Assembly (NCBI GenBank): GCA_002415855.1
Contig: DIAS01000126.1
Location: forward strand, 26,981-90,980
DNA length: 64,000 nucleotides
Origin: Bacteroidales bacterium UBA5072
GTDB taxonomy: Bacteria; Bacteroidota; Bacteroidia; Bacteroidales; UBA10428
Reading direction: 5' to 3'
Shown here: piece by piece, positions 47,360 through 56,962 of the stretch
Layout: every line of letters begins with the position of its first letter
Position numbering within the stretch: position 1 is the stretch's first letter
The notes under the pieces: generated by a model
What the model was told of the DNA's origin: nothing
Databases searched by the model: none
Seen by the model: only the letters and a program-made list of their open reading frames with translations
Translations under genes and position numbers: made by a program

Positions 47360-49627
47360 TTATTGAGGAATTGCCGAAAACGGCCTGTCTTTGATATCAG
47401 ATCCAAACCCCGCGTTTGGACTGGGTCCCATTTCAAACACCAGATGGCCTCCCTCAATAATTTGCCTGTATGTGATGTATGATTTCGTATAGGGTTTGTC
47501 ATTCAGCATGGCTGACTGGATATACAGGTTCTCCCCACTGATATTGAGGGCTTTCACGACAAAGCTCTTCCCATGGGGCAGCATTAAGGCGGCCTCATCA
47601 AAAAGGGGGCTTCCGAATACAAAAACGCCGTTGGCCGGATTGACCGGATAGAGTCCCAAGGCGGAGAGGATGTACCAGGCTGACATCTGGCCGCAATCTT
47701 CGTTCCCACATAATCCATCCGGTTTGTCGGAATAAAGTGCCTGCATAATGGACCTGGCTTTTTCCGCCGTTTTCCATTGCTGTCCTGCGTAGGCATATAG
47801 ATAAGCGATATGATGGCTTGGTTCATTGCCGTGGGCATATTGTCCTATGAGTCCTGAAATATCGGCAGAGGCCTTCTCGCCCATGTCGCCTTCCACAACA
47901 AAGAGACTGTCGAGTTTGGCCAGGAATGGCCCGTCTCCTCCAAAGAGTCGGATCAGTCCTTCCACATCGTGCGGGACGAGCCAGGTATATTGCCAGGCGT
48001 TCCCTTCGGTATAATCACCCCATTCGTGTATTGACTGAAACGGGCTGAAGGGCTCACGGAACTTTCCGTTATCCAGTTTTGCACGCATAAAATGTGTCAC
48101 TGGGTCAAAATATTGCTGATAAAAGGTGGCGCGTTTCGAATAATACTCGTAATCCTCCATCTTGCCCAATGCCAGTGCCATTTGTGCAATACACCAGTCG
48201 GAAATGCAGTATTCCAAAGCTTTGGAAACGGATTCTCTTTCTTTGTCAGCAGGGATAAATCCCTTTTCTTTCAGGAATCCCACCCCATAATCATCGCGTG
48301 AGGATGAGACTTTCATGGCTTCAAAAGCCAGTTTAGCATCAATGCCACGGAAGCCTTTAAACCAGGCATCCGCGATGATCGGTACCGCACTGTATCCCAC
48401 CATGCAGTCGGTTTCATTGCCCATCAGATGCCAGACCGGTAGTTTACCCTGTTGTTTGTAAATAGTCAGCATGGTATTCACCATGTCATTTACCCTTTCG
48501 GGCTGGGTCAGCGTAAAGAGGGGATGTGCAGCCCGGTAGGTATCCCAAAGAGAAAAAACCGAATAGGTCCGGAAACCTTGATCGGGATGAGCCTTCCCGT
48601 CGGCTCCCCGGTAATCACCATTGCTGTCACAAAAAAGGGCCGGATGAATGTAACTATGAAACAGTGCAGTATAAAAGGTTCTCAGGAGTGCTACGTCTTT
48701 CCCTTTTACACGGATCTTACCCAGCTCTCTGTTCCAGGCTTGTTTTGCCGCGTCAGCTGCTTCCTCGAAGTTCCATTCCGGTAGTTCACCTTGCAGGTTT
48801 GCCATTGCATTTTCGCAACTTACCGGAGAAATGGCTATTTTGAGTAGCACCGGTTCATCTTGGCTGGCACCGAAGGTCAGTATTCCCGTCAGTTTGCCTG
48901 ACCGGGCAGAATCACCCGGCACAAAAAGGTCATTGTCGAAAAGCTCAAATTTTTCCACAGGACAGGATGTCTGGATTACAAAAAACACACGTTGGTCCTT
49001 TGCCCAGCCGGTGGAAAAGCGATAGCCCTCCCAGGTTGCAGGGTTAATTCTCCGGATAAAGGTTTCCGCAGGCTGATCCCAGCCTATGCCTTCTGCCAGG
49101 TTTATGGCAATGTGCGCCTCCCGGGTTGACGGAAAGGTGTACCGGTGGAAGGCCACTCTTTCCGTTGCCGTCAGCTCCGCCAGAATATCAAAATCTTTAA
49201 GCCTGACAGCATAATAACCTGTTGTTGCTTGCTCGTCAGCATGACTGAATCTGGAGGCATATCCTGAGAGGGGCTTATCGGCGGTTCCCGGGCTGGTCTT
49301 TACTTTCCCGGTAAAAGGGGTGATCAGGATATCACCAAGGTCACCGATTCCGGTTCCGCTCAGGTGCAACTGTGAAAATCCGGTGATTATGCTGTCGGAA
49401 TAATGGTAACCCGAACACCAGTCCCACCCTTTGATATAATTTACCGGTCCGGTCTGAACTGCGCCAAAAGGGACACTGGCTCCCAGAAAAACATGACCGT
49501 GATAGCCGGTTCCGATCATCGGATCGACATAGGCAGTAAAATCAGTTCCCCGCTGAGGATCCCCGGCACAGGAAAGGCAGGCCGCAGCAACTGCAAGGAC
49601 AACTGACCACGAAGAGAAATGCTTCAT
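47360..49627 (-). CDS. GH92 alpha-mannosidase (alpha-1,2-mannosidase-like), lipoprotein
   Basis: 'VDPMIGT', 'GASVPFG', 'FSLWDTYRA.HPL', 'M.G...VP..ADA', 'S..LEY..SDW', 'EGNAWQY.W.VPHD', 'HGNEP.HH', 'GNEDCGQMSAWY'. Confidence 0.95.
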   Translation of the reverse strand: MKHFSSWSVVLAVAAACLSCAGDPQRGTDFTAYVDPMIGTGYHGHVFLGASVPFGAVQTGPVNYIKGWDWCSGYHYSDSIITGFSQLHLSGTGIGDLGDILITPFTGKVKTSPGTADKPLSGYASRFSHADEQATTGYYAVRLKDFDILAELTATERVAFHRYTFPSTREAHIAINLAEGIGWDQPAETFIRRINPATWEGYRFSTGWAKDQRVFFVIQTSCPVEKFELFDNDLFVPGDSARSGKLTGILTFGASQDEPVLLKIAISPVSCENAMANLQGELPEWNFEEAADAAKQAWNRELGKIRVKGKDVALLRTFYTALFHSYIHPALFCDSNGDYRGADGKAHPDQGFRTYSVFSLWDTYRAAHPLFTLTQPERVNDMVNTMLTIYKQQGKLPVWHLMGNETDCMVGYSAVPIIADAWFKGFRGIDAKLAFEAMKVSSSRDDYGVGFLKEKGFIPADKERESVSKALEYCISDWCIAQMALALGKMEDYEYYSKRATFYQQYFDPVTHFMRAKLDNGKFREPFSPFQSIHEWGDYTEGNAWQYTWLVPHDVEGLIRLFGGDGPFLAKLDSLFVVEGDMGEKASADISGLIGQYAHGNEPSHHIAYLYAYAGQQWKTAEKARSIMQALYSDKPDGLCGNEDCGQMSAWYILSALGLYPVNPANGVFVFGSPLFDEAALMLPHGKSFVVKALNISGENLYIQSAMLNDKPYTKSYITYRQIIEGGHLVFEMGPSPNAGFGSDIKDRPFSAIPQ

Positions 49628-49648
49628 ACAGGCAGTCTCGGTGATGGA

Positions 49649-50512
49649 TTAGTATTGATGAAAGGCCTCGGATATAAATGCAAGAACCTCCGGAAACGAT
49701 TCCCGCCAGTAGGTCCAGGTATGTCCGCCGTCGCGTATCCTGAATTCATGGGGTATTTCCTTTTTGCGCATGGCAATGTGAACAAGCGAATTCCCCTCGT
49801 AAAGGAAGTCATCATCCCCGCAATCTATATACCAGCGAACAGCTTTCTTCTGGTCATCGGGAATGCTGTCGAGCAGGGGCAGCACGCTGTGTCGTTTGTA
49901 ATAGGCTTCAATTTCAGCATCAGTGACATTTGTAATACCACGTTCCACGTAGTTTTTTCTGGCTTGCTCAAGCGAAAGAGCACCGGTTGATGCACTTAAT
50001 GGGCAAGCTGAAGAGAACATCTCGGGATGATGCAGGGCATACATAAAGGTTCCGCCGCCACCCATTGATAGTCCTGCCACAGCCCTGTACCGTTTTTCTC
50101 CTTTGATGCGGTATTGCTTTTCAATGAAGGGAACGAACTCCTGAAAGAAAAAGTCCTCGTAAAGCCATTCCCCCTTAATATCGTTGAAATATCCGCGCTG
50201 GCCGGTGTTGGCATCAGGCATAACAACGATCATGGGAGTAGCTTTGCCCTGGTTAATGGCCTCGTCAGCAATGTGCAGCACTTCACCAAACTGCACCCAA
50301 CCGGTCTGATCATCTCCGCCGCCGTGCAGCAAATAAAGCACGGGATAGCTGCGCTGCGAGGTTTCGTAATCAGGGGGGAGGTAAATGGCATACTTTCGGT
50401 CCATTTTCAGAATTTTGCTTGTCATCGACAGGTTATCCATAACCTTGCCGGTTTGAGCAGCCAGCATTGCGGGCAATACAGCTGCCAGCCCAAGTGCAAC
50501 CAGTTTTTTCAT
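49649..50512 (-). CDS. Exported alpha/beta-hydrolase esterase (CE1/Esterase family)
   Basis: 'YLPPDY', 'YPVLYLLHG', 'VVMPD', nucleophile 'GLSMGG', 'DCGDDDFL', 'GGHTW.YW'. Start set at MKKLVALG (50512). Confidence 0.9.
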   Translation of the reverse strand: MKKLVALGLAAVLPAMLAAQTGKVMDNLSMTSKILKMDRKYAIYLPPDYETSQRSYPVLYLLHGGGDDQTGWVQFGEVLHIADEAINQGKATPMIVVMPDANTGQRGYFNDIKGEWLYEDFFFQEFVPFIEKQYRIKGEKRYRAVAGLSMGGGGTFMYALHHPEMFSSACPLSASTGALSLEQARKNYVERGITNVTDAEIEAYYKRHSVLPLLDSIPDDQKKAVRWYIDCGDDDFLYEGNSLVHIAMRKKEIPHEFRIRDGGHTWTYWRESFPEVLAFISEAFHQY

Positions 50513-50614
50513 GATATGTTTGGTATATGTTGGTGGAAGAAGTGAATGGTGCGCATTTAAACAGTAAGTATAACCATTATCGGGAACATTTGCAAAGTTG
50601 ATCATGCAGCTGCC

Positions 50615-51232
50615 TCAGGGGTATTTGCCCGCGAAGACCGTATAGGACCTGTTATTGTTCACCATGTAATGATAATCCTCAGCCAGCCGGATCAGGTTCT
50701 TGCGGCTGGGTTTCCTGATGCCGGCAATCTTTGGTTCCATACCAGGGGCGTCTTTCATATATATACTCAGGATTCCTATGTGCTGTTTTGACTGGTAGGC
50801 CTGGGGAATTTTGTTTTTAAAAATTACTTTGTTTTCATAAGGCAGCTCGATCAGTCCTGATCCGTCCTTTTCAAGATAATAGTGTTCACCCCGGGTATCA
50901 CGTAAATAATACATGCTGATCCTGGCGAGGATCAGAAATTCCAGGAATGCTTTTTTGCCGCCGATATCCCGCGAAACATAGTATTTTCCGCCACTAATCC
51001 GGTATCCCAGTAAATCTCCCGGGAAGAGATCAACCATTCCCGGTTTTCCTGCTTCCCTGAAGTAGCAGCTTTGACCCATCAGCAGCTCGGAACGGTTATC
51101 AATATCACCATATACAGTATCGCCGCTAACCATGATGACATAACCGGTGCGAAAGTCGGCCTGGGCCAGAAGGCTCTGATAGGCCAGCAGAAAACATGCA
51201 ATCAGCATGTACCTTGAAAAATAGACTGCCAT
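50615..51232 (-). CDS. Exported hypothetical protein
   Basis: Signal peptide; 'GYVI..SGDT.YG.I', 'FLE.L...RIS.YY', 'YYLEK' pattern seen in Bacteroidota outer-membrane-associated proteins. Confidence 0.6.
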   Translation of the reverse strand: MAVYFSRYMLIACFLLAYQSLLAQADFRTGYVIMVSGDTVYGDIDNRSELLMGQSCYFREAGKPGMVDLFPGDLLGYRISGGKYYVSRDIGGKKAFLEFLILARISMYYLRDTRGEHYYLEKDGSGLIELPYENKVIFKNKIPQAYQSKQHIGILSIYMKDAPGMEPKIAGIRKPSRKNLIRLAEDYHYMVNNNRSYTVFAGKYP

Positions 51233-51488
51233 TACGAATCCTGTTTAAAGGTTTTATCGGGTTTCGCCCTGTCCGGCTTCCATTATGGTTGATTTGCAAA
51301 TAAAGTTAGTTATTTTTTGAAAAGAAGCCGGGGTTAGTAAATATGGAAATTAAATGCTCCGTAGCCTATGTCAATGCGACCTGATGAAACACTTCCCCAC
51401 CTGTGAATTGACAGATTCCTATGCTTGCTTCCTTATCACCTGATCAATTATGTCTTCTTTATATACAGTTAACCAAGACAATTAATCA

Positions 51489-52613
51489 TCACAATACGGA
51501 TATCCCGATGATTTTTCCTATTCCAAATGTGACCGCTGCTGCGGCCAATCCGAAAATCACCTGCCTGAACCCTGAATACCAGACGCCTCTGCCTGTGAAC
51601 AATGTAATGGAGGCCCCGATCAGGAACAATCCCAGTGCGCTTAGCCCGGTACTGAACAGTACGGCCTGCAAACCACCGGTAAAGAAGAAAGGTATGACAG
51701 GAATAATGGCTCCCAGCGAAAATAGCAGGAACGAGGCAAGGGAGGCCTCAAAGGCTGACCCTTTCAAATCTTCTGCATTGATGCCCAGTTCCTCCTTAAC
51801 CAGCACTTCGTGGGCATGATCTTTGTTTCTGATGATCTCCTTCGCCATTTCCCGGGCCTGGCTTTCCGGTATTCCCTTGGTGATATAAATGATGGCCAGT
51901 TCCTTCTCTTCTCCGTCGGGATTGACTTCCAGCTCTTCCATTTCAAGCTCCATCTGGTTCTCATAAAGCTCCTGCGAGCTTTTTACCGAGATCCATTCAC
52001 CCAGTGCCATGGACAGCGCACCCGCCAGCAGGCCTGCAATCCCGGCCAGCAGCACTTCTTTTTGTCCGTTCGTGGCTCCTGCAATACCCATCACAAGACT
52101 GAAATTCGATACCAGACCGTCATTGCCCCCTAGTACTGCAGCTCTCAGGGCGTTACCACCTACGGAACGGTGTCGTTTTTCAAACCTGGCCAGATTGGAT
52201 CCTGAGATCCTGGTTTGTGAATTCAGGATGTTTTTCAGAATGGTCACATGGGCTGTATCAGAAATACTTCCGGCTTGCTTTTCACGCTTTCTCGACTTCA
52301 ATATCGAGGCAGAGAGACTCTTTTCGGTGTCGAGCAGCACACCAAGAACATAATCATATCCCAGCACCCCGCCGATAGTTTTCAAAACCCTGGCCCTCGC
52401 AGAGGGGCCCGGCATTTGCGATGCATCAAGGTTTTGCTTTTTCAGGAACGCCAGCGCATGGCCCTTTTCTATTTCACTCATCTGGTGAAAAACGGCTGAA
52501 ATGGTTTCATCGGTTTCATGCGCTGCCAGTAACCTGTACAAAAAGGCTGCATCTACCTCCGTCTGGATGTTTTTTAGTGTCATAAAGGATAATAGCTGAT
52601 TTTCTGTTACCAT
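51489..52613 (-). CDS. VIT1/CCC1 Fe/Mn transporter with N-terminal ferritin/rubrerythrin-like domain
   Basis: 'E.DAAFLY..LA...E..H'; 'LRAAVLGGNDGLVS', 'AGALSMALGEWISV', 'GA.IP.IPFF'. Confidence 0.9.
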   Translation of the reverse strand: MVTENQLLSFMTLKNIQTEVDAAFLYRLLAAHETDETISAVFHQMSEIEKGHALAFLKKQNLDASQMPGPSARARVLKTIGGVLGYDYVLGVLLDTEKSLSASILKSRKREKQAGSISDTAHVTILKNILNSQTRISGSNLARFEKRHRSVGGNALRAAVLGGNDGLVSNFSLVMGIAGATNGQKEVLLAGIAGLLAGALSMALGEWISVKSSQELYENQMELEMEELEVNPDGEEKELAIIYITKGIPESQAREMAKEIIRNKDHAHEVLVKEELGINAEDLKGSAFEASLASFLLFSLGAIIPVIPFFFTGGLQAVLFSTGLSALGLFLIGASITLFTGRGVWYSGFRQVIFGLAAAAVTFGIGKIIGISVL

Positions 52614-52681
52614 AAAAATAGAAAATAATTACCTGTGCAAGGACTAAATTTCATAATATTGAATCCAAATGTGTGTTCCAA

Positions 52682-53479
52682 ATGAAAGCAAATCCCGGAC
52701 TAAACCCTGATCGTGCACTGTCCTTGCCTTGTGTGCTCCTCATCCTGGTATTTCACTTGTTCTTTTCTGGTATACAGGGCCGGGATCCGGTTTTCAGGGC
52801 AGTTGTACTGACCGAAACGGGGGGGCAGCATGGCCCTTTTACAGATGCAGCCCGCGTGTGGCTCAATAAACTGGCAAGTGACAGCAATTTTACCATCGAT
52901 TATATCAGTAATACAGACCAGATTAATGATGATTTCCTGTCACAGTATCAGGTCTTCATTCAGCTCGATTTTCCGCCGTATAACTGGAATGAAAAGGCAG
53001 CAGCGGCATTTGAGAGATACATCATCGAAGGGAAAGGCGGAGGCTGGGTAGGATTTCACCATGCCACTTTACTCGGGGAATTCGATGGCTACTCCATGTG
53101 GAACTGGTTTTCCGGCTTCATGGGAGGAATCCGTTTCGACAATTATATCGCAGGACTTGCGGCAGGGACAGTTCATACGGAGGACCAAAGCCATCCTGTG
53201 ATGAAGGGAATGCCGGCTTCATTCGTGATTGCGGATGAGGAATGGTACACCTGGGATAAAAGCCCGCGACCCTGCGTTCATGTTCTGGCCAGTGTGGATG
53301 AATCAAGCTATTCCCCTTATTCCGACATTACCATGGGAGATCATCCCGTGATCTGGACTAATGAAAAGGTAAGGGCCAGGAATGTCTACATCTTCATGGG
53401 ACACCACCCCGGACTGTTTCAGAACGGAGCCTATACCATTCTGGTGCGAAATGCAATCTTCTGGGCTGCAGGGGAATAG
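52682..53479 (+). CDS. ThuA-like domain protein
   Basis: 'GWVGFHHA', 'HP.MKG.P..F...DEEWY', 'VLASVDE..Y', 'MGDHP.IW', 'MGH'. A GTG at 52673 is an alternative start. Confidence 0.82.
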   Translation: MKANPGLNPDRALSLPCVLLILVFHLFFSGIQGRDPVFRAVVLTETGGQHGPFTDAARVWLNKLASDSNFTIDYISNTDQINDDFLSQYQVFIQLDFPPYNWNEKAAAAFERYIIEGKGGGWVGFHHATLLGEFDGYSMWNWFSGFMGGIRFDNYIAGLAAGTVHTEDQSHPVMKGMPASFVIADEEWYTWDKSPRPCVHVLASVDESSYSPYSDITMGDHPVIWTNEKVRARNVYIFMGHHPGLFQNGAYTILVRNAIFWAAGE

Positions 53480-53509
53480 ATGGTTATAAATCCGACCAAA
53501 GCATGAACC

Positions 53510-54586
53510 ATGAGAACTTTATTTGCCATATTGCTGTTTGGCCCATGGATCGGATTAAACGCGCAAAGGATGCCCGGAACTTACTCTGTGGGCAGGATCA
53601 TGGCGCGTGTCCCTGATTCACTTACCTACTCGGTAAATGACCTGGCCGGTTATATCAATCAGAACTTCATGGATGAGAAGGATAAAACGCGCGCCATTTT
53701 TACATGGATCACCCGCAACATCCGTTACAATTTCGACAGCCTCTTCAGCATCCGCGATTATCCTCCTCCGGAGGAGATCTCGGAAAGGGTCCTGCAAACG
53801 AGGGTAGGGGTTTGTCTGCATTTTGCCAGCCTGTTCTGTGAACTGGCCAACCAAGCAGGCATTAAGGCATATGTCATTCAGGGATACACACGGCAAAACC
53901 GGGTGGTGGATTATCTTCCTCATGTATGGTGTGCCGGATTCATAGATTCTACCTGGTACCTCTTTGATCCTACCTGGGGATCAGGTTATTATCGTGTACA
54001 CCCCGAAGATCTGATCCGATCGCATATGCCTTTTGATCCGATGTGGCAGTTCCTTGAACATCCTTTGACCTGCAAGGAGTTTTATGAGAATAATTACAGG
54101 GAGCGCTGGAAAAGGCCGGTTTTTCATTATACCGATACCTTGCGAGATTATGAGCTGGCTTCGGAGATGGAAAGAAATGTTTCAGCAGCACGCAGAATAG
54201 AACAGGATGGTGACTGCAACTCCTTCACCGCGGCCAAACATCTTGTCCTTCAGGGCAACATTGAGTACCTCCGCAACAAGAGCAATGCGGAAAAGTATGA
54301 TTCGGCAGTTGACCTGTATAATCAGGCAATCAGGAGGCTCAATAAGGTTATTGAATACGGCAACAGACAGTATCAGCCCGAAGCGGATTTTGCCGCGATG
54401 AGGCTGGCACTCGACACGGTTGAATTATTGTTAACGCGCACCGGGATTACGTTGTCAGGGATCAGGGATCCGATCGAGAACGCTGTTGTTTCGATTGCCG
54501 GGCTGCAGGCATCCATAGCGGGTACCTGGCAGGTATTGGTTGAACAGAGGGCCGCCCTGCAGGGCCATTTCAGGAGAAATGATTGA
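53510..54586 (+). CDS. Transglutaminase-like (KY/Cyk3-type) exported protein
   Basis: 'RAIFTWITRNIRY', triad Cys 'GVCLHFA', His 'HVWCA', Asp 'LFDPTWG', 'SHMPFDP.WQ'. Confidence 0.82.
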   Translation: MRTLFAILLFGPWIGLNAQRMPGTYSVGRIMARVPDSLTYSVNDLAGYINQNFMDEKDKTRAIFTWITRNIRYNFDSLFSIRDYPPPEEISERVLQTRVGVCLHFASLFCELANQAGIKAYVIQGYTRQNRVVDYLPHVWCAGFIDSTWYLFDPTWGSGYYRVHPEDLIRSHMPFDPMWQFLEHPLTCKEFYENNYRERWKRPVFHYTDTLRDYELASEMERNVSAARRIEQDGDCNSFTAAKHLVLQGNIEYLRNKSNAEKYDSAVDLYNQAIRRLNKVIEYGNRQYQPEADFAAMRLALDTVELLLTRTGITLSGIRDPIENAVVSIAGLQASIAGTWQVLVEQRAALQGHFRRND

Positions 54587-54623
54587 GCACTAAACAGTTT
54601 ATGGACACAGGCAAAAGCCTGTG

Positions 54624-56366
54624 CTACTGCAATTCGATAAAGCCAAGGTTGAATCCTCCTTTTTCTGCCAAAACCTTCAGGGTATGTTTTCCCCTGGTGA
54701 GGTTGACACTCCCCAATGAGACGGTTTCCCAGGCCTGGCTTCCGCCGGTTCTGTCAACTGTAACTCCGTCTGCTACCGGTACATCATCCCACATCAATTT
54801 CATACTTCCTGTATTGTTGCTGACTGCAACCCGGGCAGAAATCCGAAAACTGCCCTCCCGGTTCACTGTAACGGTGAAACTTAGCCATTCACCATCTTCA
54901 ACCGACATGACATTGAATCCGTTGGTGAAGCCGGTACTATCCTGGCAGATTTCAATGTCCACGCCATCATTACGGTATTTCCGGCCCCTGTTACCGGTCT
55001 TTTTACCTTCTTCACCTGTATTTTCCATGTCTGCATCATGATAGGCATATTCCGGGTAACCCATGTCGAAATCGGATGCATAGATCCGTCCGGGTATTGA
55101 ATTCCCTGAGAAAGGAATGGAAGATTTATCCTCCGGCTGCCTGAACATTGCATCGATCACGTCTTTGTTGAACCTGCAATTTTCAGCTTTGAGGTTTTCG
55201 GCAATTTCGAAAAGTACCTTGGTGGCAAGCTCCCTGGTTGGCCTTCCGGAGCTCTTGTTCCAAAAGTCCACGATCTGCTGGTACTCTTTGGGGGCAACGA
55301 TCAACATCGGGCATACCACCGAGTTGATCTTCTTCAGCGGCCACCAGGCCCAGCCAATGTGGTTTTTCTCCACAAGGGAAATGCAATCGGTAAACCATTT
55401 ATCGGAATTTTCCCCGCTTTCGCCGAGCCATACAGGTATGTTGAATTTATCTCGCAGGGCAAGGATCGCGTTCAGTGCTTCCTGTCTGTTGGGACTCCAG
55501 TACTTGTGAAAGCTCAGCACCATGTTCTTGTCGTCAGGACCCTCGAATCCCCTGTAGTTGTTGCCCCAGCCATTTCCCTCGATGATAATGATGTGGTTGT
55601 TGTCCACCTCCCGGATGGCTTTGGTTATTTCGGAATACAGATCCCAGAGGGGTTTGTTCAGTGTATCCTCGAGGCCGTTCTTGTTTTTCCCCTCAAATGT
55701 CCAGTTGGGCTCATTGATCAAATCGTAGCCGCCAATATTGGGTTCATTGGCGTACCGCTCGGCAAGCTTTTTCCAAAGCGCAACTGTCTTTTCCCGGTTA
55801 AGGGTGCTTTCCCAGAGCGATGGTTTGGTTTCATCATAGTCTGAAATATTGGCATCCTTGCCTTGACCCCCGGGGGCCGCATGCAAGTCCAGTATCAGGT
55901 AGAGATTGTTCGCTTTGCACCATGCCAGCAGACTGTCAGTCATTGTGAATCCACGGGTCAGCCAGGTATTTTGTCCCCCGACAGGTTCTTTCTCAATAGG
56001 CAGGGTGAACAGGTTGTAATGCATGGGCAGGCGGATGCTGTTAAAGCCCCATTTGGCAAGCGAATCCACATCAGCTCTTGTCATGTGGTTCTGAAGCCAA
56101 AGGTCGTAGAATTTATCACAGTTCTCCTGTCCGATCAGGTCGGTGATACGGGCTTTGATGGAATGCTGCATGCCTTTGTTGTTTATCTGCAGCATATAAC
56201 CTTCCTGAAGCATCCATCCTCCAAGGCCCATTCCCCTTAGGATCACTTCGTTGCCTTTCCCGTCGATGATTCTGGAGCCATCGGCTTTTAAAAATCCCTG
56301 TCCGTGTATCGTTGGTGTTCCCAGGGATAAAAGCAAAAATCCGATTAACAAAAATCTGTTCTTCAT
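54624..56366 (-). CDS. GH5 glycoside hydrolase with C-terminal CBM6-like module
   Basis: 'LRGMGLGGW', 'IRLPMHY', 'LDLHAAPGGQ', acid/base 'INEP', nucleophile 'WLGESGEN'; C-terminal 'GEWL..TV......ARVA...TGG..AWET..G.H.L'. Confidence 0.92.
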   Translation of the reverse strand: MKNRFLLIGFLLLSLGTPTIHGQGFLKADGSRIIDGKGNEVILRGMGLGGWMLQEGYMLQINNKGMQHSIKARITDLIGQENCDKFYDLWLQNHMTRADVDSLAKWGFNSIRLPMHYNLFTLPIEKEPVGGQNTWLTRGFTMTDSLLAWCKANNLYLILDLHAAPGGQGKDANISDYDETKPSLWESTLNREKTVALWKKLAERYANEPNIGGYDLINEPNWTFEGKNKNGLEDTLNKPLWDLYSEITKAIREVDNNHIIIIEGNGWGNNYRGFEGPDDKNMVLSFHKYWSPNRQEALNAILALRDKFNIPVWLGESGENSDKWFTDCISLVEKNHIGWAWWPLKKINSVVCPMLIVAPKEYQQIVDFWNKSSGRPTRELATKVLFEIAENLKAENCRFNKDVIDAMFRQPEDKSSIPFSGNSIPGRIYASDFDMGYPEYAYHDADMENTGEEGKKTGNRGRKYRNDGVDIEICQDSTGFTNGFNVMSVEDGEWLSFTVTVNREGSFRISARVAVSNNTGSMKLMWDDVPVADGVTVDRTGGSQAWETVSLGSVNLTRGKHTLKVLAEKGGFNLGFIELQ

Positions 56367-56400
56367 GCCATTATGATTATGTTCCGTTCATTGCTGCCCT

Positions 56401-56961
56401 TCACCCATTTCCTGCAACCTGTGTGTCTTTTGTCCCTGATCCCTGTTCCAACTCCGGATTGATCTTGGCATACCTGACCTCATCCCACAGTTGGCCTTCT
56501 TTAAAAACAGACTTCCTGAAAATTCCCTCCTTTGTATAGCCGCATTTTTCCAGAACCTTTTGGGAAGCAGTGTTATATTCGTAAACCCCGGTATGTATCC
56601 TGGCAAAACCAAGCACCCTGAATCCATAGTCCGTGATTAAATTCACGGCAGCTGTCATAATTCCCTTGTTCCAATAAGGTTCGCCAAGAAAATATCCTAT
56701 CTCAGCCGTTCTCCGGTAAACATTCTCACAAGGCGAAAGGCTGATGTTGCCAACATGCTCACCCTTGAATTCAATGGCAAAAAAGGAACTGTGGTGCATG
56801 AAATGCCGGATGAAATCCGAGGCATCCTCAATGGTGTATGGAAAAGGAAATCCATCCCGCAGGTTGCGGCCGATCTTTTCATTGTTGGCCAGTTCAGCAA
56901 GACGGGGGGCATCGGATTCCCGGAGTGGGCGGAGGGATATATTACCGGATACCAGTTCCAT
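56401..56961 (-). CDS. RimL/RimJ-type GNAT N-acetyltransferase
   Basis: 'LRP...DA', 'AEIGYFLGEPYWNKGIMT.A', 'N.AS.KVLEKCGY..EG'. Confidence 0.92.
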   Translation of the reverse strand: MELVSGNISLRPLRESDAPRLAELANNEKIGRNLRDGFPFPYTIEDASDFIRHFMHHSSFFAIEFKGEHVGNISLSPCENVYRRTAEIGYFLGEPYWNKGIMTAAVNLITDYGFRVLGFARIHTGVYEYNTASQKVLEKCGYTKEGIFRKSVFKEGQLWDEVRYAKINPELEQGSGTKDTQVAGNG

Positions 56962-56962
56962 A

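Noticed and set aside
51233-51488. 255-bp intergenic region as a possible riboswitch or sRNA
   Set aside because: Only a weak 8-bp inverted repeat (CCGGCTTC/GAAGCCGG) is present, with no recognisable riboswitch consensus.
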